A stretch of DNA of 63,441 bases, filler included. It is 23 parts of 23 records of this genome, joined end to end, with 100 filler letters (N's around TTAATTAATTAA, not from the genome) between each part and the next. Parts side by side here need not be neighbours in the genome. Positions count along the whole stretch, not along the records: positions 10,448 to 12,925 come from SRR11831580_5819; positions 13,026 to 15,096 come from SRR11831580_5826; positions 15,197 to 17,544 come from SRR11831580_5835; positions 17,645 to 20,047 come from SRR11831580_5882; positions 20,148 to 22,416 come from SRR11831580_5888; positions 22,517 to 26,206 come from SRR11831580_5908; 17 more parts are not named here. One strand, 5' to 3'. Shown here piece by piece: positions 11,362 to 22,642 of this stretch. Position 1 is the stretch's first letter. Every line of letters begins with the position of its first letter. The translations under genes were made by a program, and so were the position numbers. The notes below the pieces were generated by a model. The model was given only the letters and a program-made list of their open reading frames with translations, did not search any database and was not told where the DNA came from.

Positions 11362-12865
11362 CTAGTGTTCCTCCAACCGCGTGCACGGGTACAGCAATCG
11401 ATCTCGTTCCGTGTGGACTAGGTCCGGTATCGACACATACTCGTATTCGCGTCCGCCCACCTGCGTTCACACACACAATAATGAGTCCACAACCACGCGA
11501 CAAACACACGGACGAGTGATAGATGTACCACAGGATATCGCAGCCAAGACACCACAACATGAACGTTACGTGGAACATGGCACGAAGGGTATTGAGACCG
11601 AGCGCGTATGCGACAGCGCACGACACACAGCAAGAACCGTTACAAGGGACCTCGCGCAAAACATCTTTGCGCAAACAAGCACTACCCACACATACACAAC
11701 CGAAACAAAACACTGTGCAGGTATACATACCACGGTCATGGAGTAGCACGACGCCATGCTGCTCTTCCACTTCCTCGACAGCAACGCGTGACAGAAGATT
11801 GTTTCGGACCCCACCGTCTCCACTGTACACACGCACCAACACAAACACACGGGTCAGAAATCTATCGTCGAACAAGCTGAACACCACGAACATGACCACT
11901 CCACACAGCACATGTCTGAAGAAGTAGAGACTACACGAAGAAACTAGCGTTCAACCCAGTACACCGCAACAGCCCACATATGTAGGCGTACCCGACGATA
12001 GAGCGAAACTCCGCTTGTCGGAACTGAAGCGCACCAGAAACGTACCCGCCTGCGAACACCGCCGCATTAATGAAACCACCACCATACAGGAGGAACTGCT
12101 CATAATGGACGAACACGAGACACAGGGACACACACAATACGGACACGTTACTGCTTACATACACATCACACAAAAGCACCCTCTCCCCAAGACAGATACA
12201 CATGTCATGATACGCGTACGCGCAGACAGACACACACACAATCACACACACACGTACGGGTTTTCCCTGTAGCATCTGTTCTGCTTGCTCGCGACTGACA
12301 AACCAGTGAAACCAGGCCTCACGCACGATTTGGTTCATCTGTTTGTTATTTGCAGATACGGAGTGAGTGTGATTTACACGCAATACCGTCAAGTGCAACA
12401 AATACGAGGAACAAATCCGCGCATGGAAATCGAAATACGGTGGTGCAAGGCGGAGAAGGAATGCGACAGAGAGCGACACAAACAGGAAGTGATACTGAGC
12501 CAGTCACAGGACGACCAAAAAGCCTGAACGGGTTGGTCGAAATATGATATAATTCAACAAATAAGAAAGTGTAACAGAGAAAGCGACACAGTCACGCAGA
12601 GATACCGACACTGTCCAAACTGATTAGAAATCTCGTCGCGAAACAGCAGAGAACGTACACACAGAACCACCTCCTTCGCAATCTACACACAGAGAAAGTG
12701 GCATCCGGTGTGCAACAGAAACACGACGAGAGCACGACGAGAAAGGATACACACAACACACATGGGGAATGCATACCCGTGAGACCAGTTCCTTGGCCGG
12801 CCCGAACCAAGCCAGCAGCTTCGCAACATCATCATAGTGCACCAGATCATCCTCCGTGCGCCCAA
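11362..12865 (-). CDS. C-terminal SH2-domain protein, 5 visible exons, 5' truncated (eukaryotic)
   Basis: Exons 12865-12777, 12338-12258, 12049-11992, 11822-11731 and 11460-11362 join in frame at GT-AG sites. Product: GRTEDDLVHYDDVAKLLAWFGPAKELVSR/MNQIVREAWFHWFVSREQAEQMLQGKP/AGTFLVRFSSDKRSFALSS/VETVGSETIFCHALL.../VGGREYEYVSIPDLVHTERDRLLYPCTRLEEH*. Confidence 0.85.
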
Positions 12866-13025
12866 CTGCACACACACACACAGACAGAAGCTCAGCAACA
12901 AACATACAACATCAAACAAAACACANNNNNNNNNNNNNNNNNNNNNNNNNNNNNNNNNNNNNNNNNNNNTTAATTAATTAANNNNNNNNNNNNNNNNNNN
13001 NNNNNNNNNNNNNNNNNNNNNNNNN

Positions 13026-13310
13026 GGGGCCTCCAAAGCTGATCACAGAGAACAGCGCAAACAAGCGAGCAATCTCCAAAAGCCGAGCCCGCTTGGAGAG
13101 TGGAATGGTGGTGGCGGCAGTGTCCATGGATGCGTGCGTGGATTCTCCAGCCTGGTATACTGCGAGACTGTCCTTGTCAATGGATACTTGCGGCCGCATG
13201 TTCTCATCGTCGCTTGCATAGGCTGCGTCGTCTGCATGCGAGACAAGTGATACGAGCTCCTGTTGGGAAGACGGTAGTTGATTACTTGACCTCATCCCGA
13301 TGGAAGACAT
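13026..13310 (-). CDS. Probable chromate-ion transporter (CHR) family protein, N-terminus only
   Basis: Hydrophilic N-terminal extension, then LLEIARLFALFSVISFGGP, resembling the first-TM FGGP motif of CHR transporters; cut by the spacer. Confidence 0.55.
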
Positions 13311-14300
13311 TTGAATCGGCACACGATGATCGCGGTGAAAATTCGAGGCTACTATGTACAACTGCGCAAAAGACAAGTGTTAGTGTGCACAACACTCCTT
13401 GTGAATGCAGTCAATATGCTGTCGTAGACTGGCACACGTAGCCAGCCGTGACGCAATCTTTCCAACATCTGTTCGCATCGTGACTCCAACTCTACCAGAT
13501 TCTACTCGCCCTTCATAGTCTCGCTAACCCCCACTAACCCACACATGAATAGAAAGGACCCGCACAGATCCACGTAAGACCGACTTCGGAGTTGTACTAC
13601 GGTTGCAAGCGTTATGCAAGAGTTTACGAAGCGACTATCATGCATTACGCTCTCAAGTGAGCCACTGAGGCCGAAATATAAGCTTATGCACAAGAACAGC
13701 TGAGAGTGGGTGGTACGCTACGGAAGCTAACGATAAGTCAGATCACGCTTTTAGTATCCAGCCGACTCAAGGAAGGGCCTGCGCACCAGATGTCAAAAAA
13801 ATACACACCAACTCACTCACCCTCCCCATCAACTCAGACCTGAAAATTGCGTCAGAAAGAATGACAGCGTTGGAAAATTTGGGTCCCCGAATATTTTTCA
13901 TCGATCTTCATCCCAATCCAACCAATCCTATAGAGTTGCATAGCTATAGAACCCCTAAACCAGCGATACCCTGCAACGGACGTTGCTTGAATACAACATT
14001 GTGCATCTTGCATTGTGCATCTTCATCTGTGGTTCCAGTTTGCTTGACTACCATAGATGAGGGTCAGCCATGTCTCTGTCGCCCTTCTGTGTGCTGTAAT
14101 TGGTGCGGTGACCGTTGCATCGAGACTGGAATTGCTCTCTGACTCGCTGAACATAGGATGCTGCCTGACTGCAATCAACAGCGATGGCGAATTTGTTGCT
14201 CTCCACTCGCCTCACGATAGAGGTCAGGGTGCGTAAGCCACTATTGATGTGAACACGTGTGAACTTCCGTGTATTACTGAGGCCTCCGGCCACTCCAGTA

Positions 14301-15064
14301 ATGGCTTCTGCGTTGACTGTTCATGTTACCCTGCTCCAAACACGCTTTCTGTGTTTGCTCATTCTCCAAGATTGCGCGTGTGATGACCTTTTGGTGTATG
14401 CTTGTGCAGATGATGGTGCCGCGATATATGTATATGACGTCGTTGTGAGCCAGGCGACAGGCGCACACTCGGCCGTGCTGTATTTGCCCACGGCTGGTGA
14501 TATTTTCGTATGTTCGCTATACCCAGGGTGCTAGTACGGTCATGTGTTCCGTGTACTGTAAGCGAGTGAATGAGTGACAAGTGCGTGAGTACGGAGTGAG
14601 AGAAAATATATTTGTGTGTGTGTTATTGATACCTGTGATGATATAGTGTGTGCTTATATTATTTTATGTCGTTGTTGTCGTGAGTGACTGCATTCTTTAT
14701 CTGCATTCACATGCTCTATGACTCCATGCATTTCCACCTGCTCCTTCTCACGAGTGCTTGCTCTACTCGTAGAACTCCCGAGCGCCCCGTGATACCACAC
14801 TCGCGACGGGTATTATGCGTTTCAAAGTATTGAGCTGCGACAATGCAGTTGTTCAGTTCAATACCAGTGATGTACAGCAGCTGCGTGCGTTTCTTGTGGA
14901 CGTACACACCACTGCGGCCAGTCTTGCGCCAGAATGTACGGTCCGGGTCAGAAGGAGAGAGAGTGTGTGTGTCCGAGTATTTTGGCCGTGTTATTGACTG
15001 AGCCCGCAGATCCGTGGAGTCTGTGCGAGGTGACGATTCTAGCGGAACGGATATCAAGAGCGAT
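14301..15064 (+). CDS. Possible spliced hypothetical protein
   Basis: Frame-consistent model 14301-14507 (GTATGT donor), 14773-14935 (GTACGG donor), 15010 onward; no recognised domain. Confidence 0.3.
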
Positions 15065-15196
15065 GTACCGCACTCCGCTGGGGTCACACATTGTGCNNNN
15101 NNNNNNNNNNNNNNNNNNNNNNNNNNNNNNNNNNNNNNNNTTAATTAATTAANNNNNNNNNNNNNNNNNNNNNNNNNNNNNNNNNNNNNNNNNNNN

Positions 15197-17511
15197 GACT
15201 GTTGTGTGGCCATAGTGTGCGCCTTGCACATGGAGATGCCAAAGTCTGCTACCTTGACATGCAGATCATCGGTAACCTGCCAAACACACACAGCACGTTT
15301 CGTGAGACGGAGAGACACCACGAACACACACCCACACCCACTCACAAGCTCATAGTACCGCGCACACACCCCGATTCATACGCATCTCGCCGCGCCCAGC
15401 GTTACAATAATAGTAATAAAAACACAAGAATTGATTCCATCGTAAAACCACCACGCAGAACTGTAGCGTGCGTACCAGCAAGTTGGCCGTCTTGAGATCG
15501 CGATGGATGATAACCGGGGAGCAGCCGTGCAAATAATTCATGCCCTGAGCGCAATCTGTGGCCATATTCAGCATAGTGTCCCACGAGAGTTTCACGGGGT
15601 TTCTTGTATTGTGCAGGTAGCTGAACAGGCTCCCGTTCCGCATGTACTCGGTGACAATACACATGTCGCTCTTGCGAACGCACGCGCCCAGGAACTGCAC
15701 GATGTTGGGGTGCCGCAGATCACTGCATACAAACAGCGTCGTAGGTGTGCATTAGCGGCGACACATATGCAAAGGATGCTCACCAGATCCAAAACACAAG
15801 CACACCGAATCCCCTGCAGAGCAATATACAAACAGCGCAACCGACTGAACATGGGCAGTCATGTACCTGAGCAAAGCAATCTCACGGATGAAATCAGCGA
15901 TAAAGGCCTGATCTGAGGCGTCTTCGATCAATAGCTGCTTGACCGCAACAGTGGTGCCGCGCCATACGCCGCGGAATACACGACCTACGCAATATCAAGA
16001 CCACATGAATGTCCAGTGATGCGACTTGTAACTGAGATACATAATTATCAGATAGCCAGAGCACAGTTGGAGAGGAAGGCGTGTTCGCGCGCGCGCGAGG
16101 GAGAGGGAGAATATGTGTTCCGTGGAACTAAAGGCAACGCAAAATACAGCAGACGCACCAAACGACCCGGTGCCGATGCACTCGCCCATGTAGAGTTCGT
16201 CTTCGGGAATCTTCTTAATCGCAGGACTGTCGATCAACGCTATTACAAAAAGAACAACAAAATCAGATGACGGGCATAAGGATCATCCCAACCTAACAAG
16301 CAAAACGCAGCAGAAGCTTACGCTCCATCGTATTACAAATGACAAAACCACACGCGGCATACCCCTCCAGTACACACTTAACACAACAACACACACAATT
16401 CGCGACCGCTCGTACCACTCCACTGCGTCTTGGGCGGTCCGCTTGTGAGCAGGTACATGCTCTCGTGTTCAATACCCGCAGGGCCGGCCGTCATACCAGG
16501 ACGCGGCAGCCGGTAGCGGAAACAGACCCACCCTAACGAAACAGCACTCAGACACACTCCTAATACAACACACAGCACAGGGAGAGATGATAACGCGAAA
16601 GAGACACATGACGAACAGGACAGCAACGACCGTGAGAGACGACTCTGTCCAGCGGTAAATATCAGATTGTTGTCAGAAGATGGTTAGGTGATACCGAGCG
16701 TGCAACCTTTACCGTTCGTATGACAACGTAAACGCACCGGCGATGACCGGCATGATTTCGCTGATGAGATAGAACAGCGAGTAGAGCAGAATCTGTGCGA
16801 CAGCTCCGTCGGAGAATTGTGACAAGTTGAACCCGATCAGCAGGGCGCAGCGAAAGAGACACCCACAGCCCACCACCACCATCGTCGATTGCACCTACAA
16901 GCGCGCAAACACCAAAACACGTGAGACACGACAATATATAAAGCGCTCTGCTGACAGCGGACAATCATGACAAGAACGTTAACGAGTGTTTCTTAGGATA
17001 GAGAGGGCGCGACACGCAGCACAAGCAAACACACTCCCCAGCTGCCCTATCGGTGTCTATCGATTCGTACGTACATAACTGCGGAACACGCCACTCAACC
17101 GCTTGCTGACGAGAGAGCTGTCTGTGACTACGCTCACGGCGCGGCGGCCCAAAACAAAATACGAAATGCCCAGGCACAGATACACGGTGGCTGTGAACGC
17201 ATAGAGAATCCATTGAATGGTGTCAATCTTCGCAAAGCACAGCAACACAAGTTGATCAGTCCAGGCGGATGCACACGCGCGTCATGAGCTCACACACACA
17301 CACAGTCCGTATCCGTACGCAGACACAACTACACCCAAACCCACACCGCAAGAGACACAGACACGATACCTGCAGCGGCATAAAGAGCGTCAGGAGCCAC
17401 AGCACCAACATCATGGCCACCACCACCGAGCTCACAATCATGAGGGGCAGCTTGGTGTTGGGCTGCAGCGTGCCAAAGTCCCGCTCTATTCTGGCGTAGT
17501 AAATCTCCGCC
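15197..17511 (-). CDS. THH1/TOM1/TOM3 (GPR137-like) multi-TM domain fused to a TKL/Raf-like protein kinase; 8 visible exons, truncated at both ends
   Basis: Exons 17511-17370, 17227-17075, 16894-16738, 16532-16416, 16239-16159, 15984-15867, 15722-15476 and 15276-15197 splice in frame. Membrane part: AEIYY...four hydrophobic helices...LFRC...FYLISEIMPVIA. Kinase part: IGTGSFGRVFRG, VAVK, LRHPNIVQFLG, HRDLKTANLL, VKVADFG. Confidence 0.85.
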
Positions 17512-17644
17512 CTGCACAGCGAAAGTTACACAACGTGTTTAGCGNNNNNNNNNNNNNNNNNNNNNNNNNNNNNNNNNNNNNNNNNNNNTTAATTAATTAA
17601 NNNNNNNNNNNNNNNNNNNNNNNNNNNNNNNNNNNNNNNNNNNN

Positions 17645-18443
17645 ATGCTTCCGAAGCACCTTTTGGCGGACGCGGACGGCCACCATAAACCGGATCGCCC
17701 ACCAGCGGATGAGTGATATGGGCCATATGCACGCGGATCTGGTGCGTACGTCCAGTTTCCAGACGCAACCGCAGACGCGTGTGCACACGGAAGTGTTCCA
17801 TGATGCGATAGTGAGTCACCGCTGGTTTGCCCATCGGATGCACCGCCATATGGGTACGTTTGGTCGGGTGGCGACTGATTGGCTCGTCCACCGTGCCACC
17901 TGCGGTCATATGACCAATCGCCACCGCTTCATACTCACGAGTAATTTCACGCCGTTGCAAAGATTCGACTAAACGCGTCTGAGCCGGAACGGTTTTTGCC
18001 ACAACCATCAGGCCAGTGGTGTCTTTATCCAGACGATGGACGATGCCCGCACGCGGTACATCGGCAATGGGTGGATAGTAATGAAGCAACGCATTCAGTA
18101 CCGTGCCATCCGGGTTACCCGCGCCAGGATGTACCACCAGGTCGCGCGGTTTATTAATGATAATAATGTCTTCATCTTCATAGACGATATCCAGCGGGAT
18201 ATCCTGCGGTTCAAAACGCGCTTCTTCTTCAATCTCAGCGTTGATGGCAACCTGCTCGCCACCCAATACTTTTTCTTTCGGCTTATCACAAACTTTGCCG
18301 TTAACCAGCACTCGCTGGTCGAGGATCCATTCTTTTATTCGCGAACGTGAATAATCCGGGAACATTTCGGCCAAAGCCTGATCTAAGCGTTGACCGAGTT
18401 GGTTTTCGGACACCGTTGCAGTGAGCTGTACTCGTTGTGCCAT
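17645..18443 (-). CDS. rluD: 23S rRNA pseudouridine synthase D, 3' truncated
   Basis: MAQRVQLTATVSENQLGQRLD...VHRLDKDTTG. Confidence 0.98.
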
Positions 18444-18577
18444 ATATACTGCTTCTTCGTTTATCGTTGGGGTTTTACGGCTTTGCCGTTTAATATAGTG
18501 TGCTATTGTAGCTGGTCTTAACCGGGAGCAGGAACAGAGAATCTCCCGTATTACATTTTGAGGAAAGTCAAAACGTC

Positions 18578-19315
18578 ATGACGCGCATGAAATATCTGGT
18601 GGCAGCCGCCACACTAAGCCTGTTTTTGGCGGGTTGCTCGGGGTCAAAGGAAGAAGTACCTGATAATCCGCCAAATGAAATTTACGCGACTGCACAACAA
18701 AAGCTGCAGGACGGTAACTGGAGACAGGCAATAACGCAACTGGAAGCGTTAGATAATCGCTATCCGTTTGGTCCGTATTCGCAGCAGGTGCAGCTGGATC
18801 TCATCTACGCCTACTATAAAAACGCCGATTTGCCGTTAGCACAGGCTGCCATCGATCGTTTTATTCGCCTTAACCCGACCCATCCGAATATCGATTATGT
18901 CATGTACATGCGTGGCCTGACCAATATGGCGCTGGATGACAGTGCGCTGCAAGGGTTCTTTGGCGTCGATCGTAGCGATCGCGATCCTCAACATGCACGA
19001 GCTGCGTTTAGTGACTTTTCCAAACTGGTGCGCGGCTATCCGAACAGTCAGTACACCACCGATGCCACCAAACGTCTGGTATTCCTGAAAGATCGTCTGG
19101 CGAAATATGAATACTCCGTGGCCGAGTACTATACAGAACGTGGCGCATGGGTTGCCGTCGTTAACCGCGTAGAAGGCATGTTGCGCGACTACCCGGATAC
19201 CCAGGCTACGCGTGATGCGCTGCCGCTGATGGAAAATGCATACCGTCAGATGCAGATGAATGCGCAAGCTGAAAAAGTAGCGAAAATCATCGCCGCAAAC
19301 AGCAGCAATACATAA
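18578..19315 (+). CDS. bamD: Outer membrane assembly lipoprotein BamD
   Basis: Lipobox LAGC, TPR-like 245 aa; divergent from rluD. Confidence 0.98.
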
Positions 19316-19331
19316 CAGAAACCTGAAACAC

Positions 19332-19361
19332 AAAACGGCAGCCCTTGAGCTGCCGTTTTTT
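19332..19361 (+). terminator. Intrinsic terminator after bamD
   Basis: AAAACGGCAGC-CCTTGA-GCTGCCGTTTTTT. Confidence 0.85.
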
Positions 19362-19529
19362 ATTCTGTCAGTTGTGAAACTGAAGCGATTTAGTCGCTAT
19401 CGATCTCATCAAATATGGCTCGCTTTGAGATATTCCTCAAGTAAAAAACATCTCTTCCTGCGATTTCTCACAAAAAAGATTCGTTGACAAAAAGTGACAA
19501 AATTATGAGATTTTCATCACACATTTTGA

Positions 19530-19925
<396 letters not shown>

Positions 19926-19948
19926 TCCTTTATATTGAGTGTATCGCC

Positions 19949-19972
19949 AACGCGCCTTCGGGCGCGTTTTTT
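19949..19972 (+). terminator. raiA terminator (also the known 3' end of the RaiZ sRNA)
   Basis: AACGCGCC-TTCG-GGCGCGTTTTTT hairpin; RaiZ assignment is from established knowledge. Confidence 0.85.
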
Positions 19973-20028
19973 GTTGACAGCGTGAAAACAGTACGGGTAC
20001 TGTACTAAAGTCACTTAAGGAAACAAAC

Positions 20029-20047
20029 ATGAAACACATACCGTTTT
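20029..20047 (+). CDS. pheL: phe operon leader peptide, truncated
   Basis: AAGGAAACAAAC ATG AAA CAC ATA CCG TTT (MKHIPF); TTGACA at 19974 upstream. Confidence 0.85.
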
Positions 20048-20879
20048 NNNNNNNNNNNNNNNNNNNNNNNNNNNNNNNNNNNNNNNNNNNNTTAATTAAT
20101 TAANNNNNNNNNNNNNNNNNNNNNNNNNNNNNNNNNNNNNNNNNNNNGGGGAGAGAGTGTGTGTCTGTGGTGTGTGTTTGATTCGTGCTTGTCTTAGCTT
20201 TCGTGTTAATTAGGATCATGGCGCTAGCGTGTTGTGCGGTTTTGTGAGGATCGATTCCGATGAATGCGATCAGGTGGACGGAAACTGTAAATGTCAGCGT
20301 CTACAGTACTGCTCGCATTGTGTTGTTATTTTGATGATGAATTCGCTTCATCACGTACACCAGTAAGGCTATAGCGGAGCCGTACCATGTCCAGAATTTC
20401 CCCAATGTCATCTGGGACGTTATACAGAGAATCGCAGACTTACACTGCAACGCAACATGCACGACTTTGTCATTACGCCTCACAACTCCGCATCATGGGA
20501 GGTTGCAATGTCAAAAACGTGGTCACAACACTGTGTGTTGTTCGATTCGCTTGCACGCGGAAATCATGTGAGATCCCCCACACACGCATCGGTTTCGAGA
20601 GTGTCCAAACAGACTGCATCGACGTACACACAGCACGCTACAGGGCCGTCCCTATTGCTTGATCAGCACGTCCGAGTGTATGAGCTAAGTCGCAGGCGAC
20701 ACCAGTGGATCGCCATACAACGCGCAGGGCCCACATCGAGCCACTTGCAGGGGAATCCACTAGCTACCCACTAGCTCTCAACGACCCGTAGCCATACCAC
20801 GACCTGCTATCGCGACCAGCGCCGCGACCAGCGCGAAAGCTCGTTTGAAAAAGAGTGCTCCACACGGGACAACTTAATC

Positions 20880-21381
20880 CTAGCTGAGGTGTGGAGGGTC
20901 TGCTTGCCTGCCTCTGGACTCCTTCTGCAAGGCGATCCATTTGCGCTGTTCCTCCTTCCAGTCCTCAAGCTTCTGCATATAGGCGGCCTCTCGCTCAAAG
21001 TACTCCGTCCACACACATGTGGCACATCCATTTCCTACGTTACGCGCACTCACATATCAGTCAAGGATTCCCTTTCGCAACCCACCACGAAGCAGGGATG
21101 AACAGGTTTCAAATGAAACATGTCCGAATATATCTGAGTCAAACCATAGAGCTGCCTCCTTCAAGAACCATTTCTCACGCACCGCAACATGCAGATGGGT
21201 CGGGCTGCGTGGGCGGAACCGGCTCCGGCAATGCGAACGGCATTGGAGGTGTCACATCATCCGCCTCGGCGCGCAGCGAGGCAGAGGAGGACACAAGAGC
21301 GCTTTGATGAGCACGATATGGAGGCTTCACATGCGAAAGCTGGTGAAAAAAGCGCAGAGTTTGAACACGCGCCAGCGCCAT
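20880..21381 (-). CDS. Oxidoreductase-like domain protein (OXLD1-like), 2 exons, putative mitochondrial presequence
   Basis: Exon 21381-21183, intron GTGCGT..TAACGTAG (21182-21035), exon 21034-20880. Product includes PEPVPPTQPDPSACCGNGCATCVWTEYFERE; the N-terminus is Arg/Ser-rich. Confidence 0.8.
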
Positions 21382-21578
21382 AACGAGAGAGCGCAGAACA
21401 ACCGATGACTACGGTGACATTTGCGACTTGAAATCAACCGAACAGCGCCGGTGCCGTGAAATCTTTGCTCACAATTTGACCGTGCTATAGGGTGCCGGTA
21501 TTGCAACCAGTGGCCGCTGAAACCTTGCTAGCGTTCGAGTCCACAGTTTGCAGCGGCGGCGTGGTTTGTGAGTGAAAG

Positions 21579-22035
21579 ATGGCACCTCGGAAGAAGGACG
21601 CCACGGTTGGTGCGAAGAAGACGCCCCAGAAGGGTCCTGCCCGGGCGCTGCCGGGTTCCGTTCAAAAGAAGCATCGGTTCAGGCCCGGAACAGTCGCTCT
21701 GCGTGAGATCCGGAAGTATCAGAAAGGATCGGATTTGCTGTTGAGGAAACTCCCTTTTGCACGTGTGGTGCGTGAAATTACGAATACTATGGCCCCGCAG
21801 GGTCTTAGGTGGCAGGCCGAAGCGCTACTGGCACTGCAAGAGGCAGCTGAGGCATATCTGACTCACTTGTTTGAGGATACGTATGTGAAAGTCACCGTGA
21901 TGATCTTCCTCTCATGCGACGTTTGTGCACTTTTGTAGTCAATTACTCGCGGTGCACGCCAAGCGCGTTACGATTATGATCAAGGATATGTACCTGGCTC
22001 GGCGAATCCGCGGTGTTTCGGAAGCTCTCAAGTAG
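21579..22035 (+). CDS. Centromeric histone H3 variant (CenH3/CENP-A-like), 2 exons, 132 aa
   Basis: Intron 21881-21938 (GTATGT..TGTAG). Histone fold [17 protein letters not shown]...[10 protein letters not shown]...LRWQ...[18 protein letters not shown]...ARRIRG; no ARTKQ tail. Confidence 0.85.
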
Positions 22036-22642
22036 AATTACTTCATGCGTCTGTTGTACTCGCATTCGTGCTGTTTGGGGTGTGATACCCTTAGAGATGA
22101 AGCACTCAACGGTATATACTGACAAACAGAAGCATGATTGGCGGATTAAGTTGTGAGAAAGAGAGGATAATGAGTTTCTAGTACATAGTTCGGATTCTGT
22201 AGTGTGATCGATGCATGTCAGTTTGTGAGAGAATTTTCTGCTAAACACAGTTGCGCGGCGGACCTAATAAAGAAGACATCGGATCGCATGTTCATACATC
22301 GTTATTGGTACTATCATCATCATTATTGGCAACGGAAAACAACACCGGAACGACACATACTGCACTCACACACACACGACCACAAGCACACACACGCACA
22401 CACGCACACACGCACTNNNNNNNNNNNNNNNNNNNNNNNNNNNNNNNNNNNNNNNNNNNNTTAATTAATTAANNNNNNNNNNNNNNNNNNNNNNNNNNNN
22501 NNNNNNNNNNNNNNNNAAAAAATTAAAGGCAATTATTCTCCGATAAAGACGCTGGTTAACAGAGTACAGGCTCGTTTATTGATGAGCATAGTGACAAGAA
22601 AATCAATACGGCCCGAAATATAGCTTCCAGGCCATACAGTAT

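Noticed and set aside
11020-12973. Many Cys/Val-rich or His/Thr-rich ORFs in the eukaryotic contigs
   Set aside because: They are translations of (TG)n/(CA)n-rich introns and flanks, not proteins.
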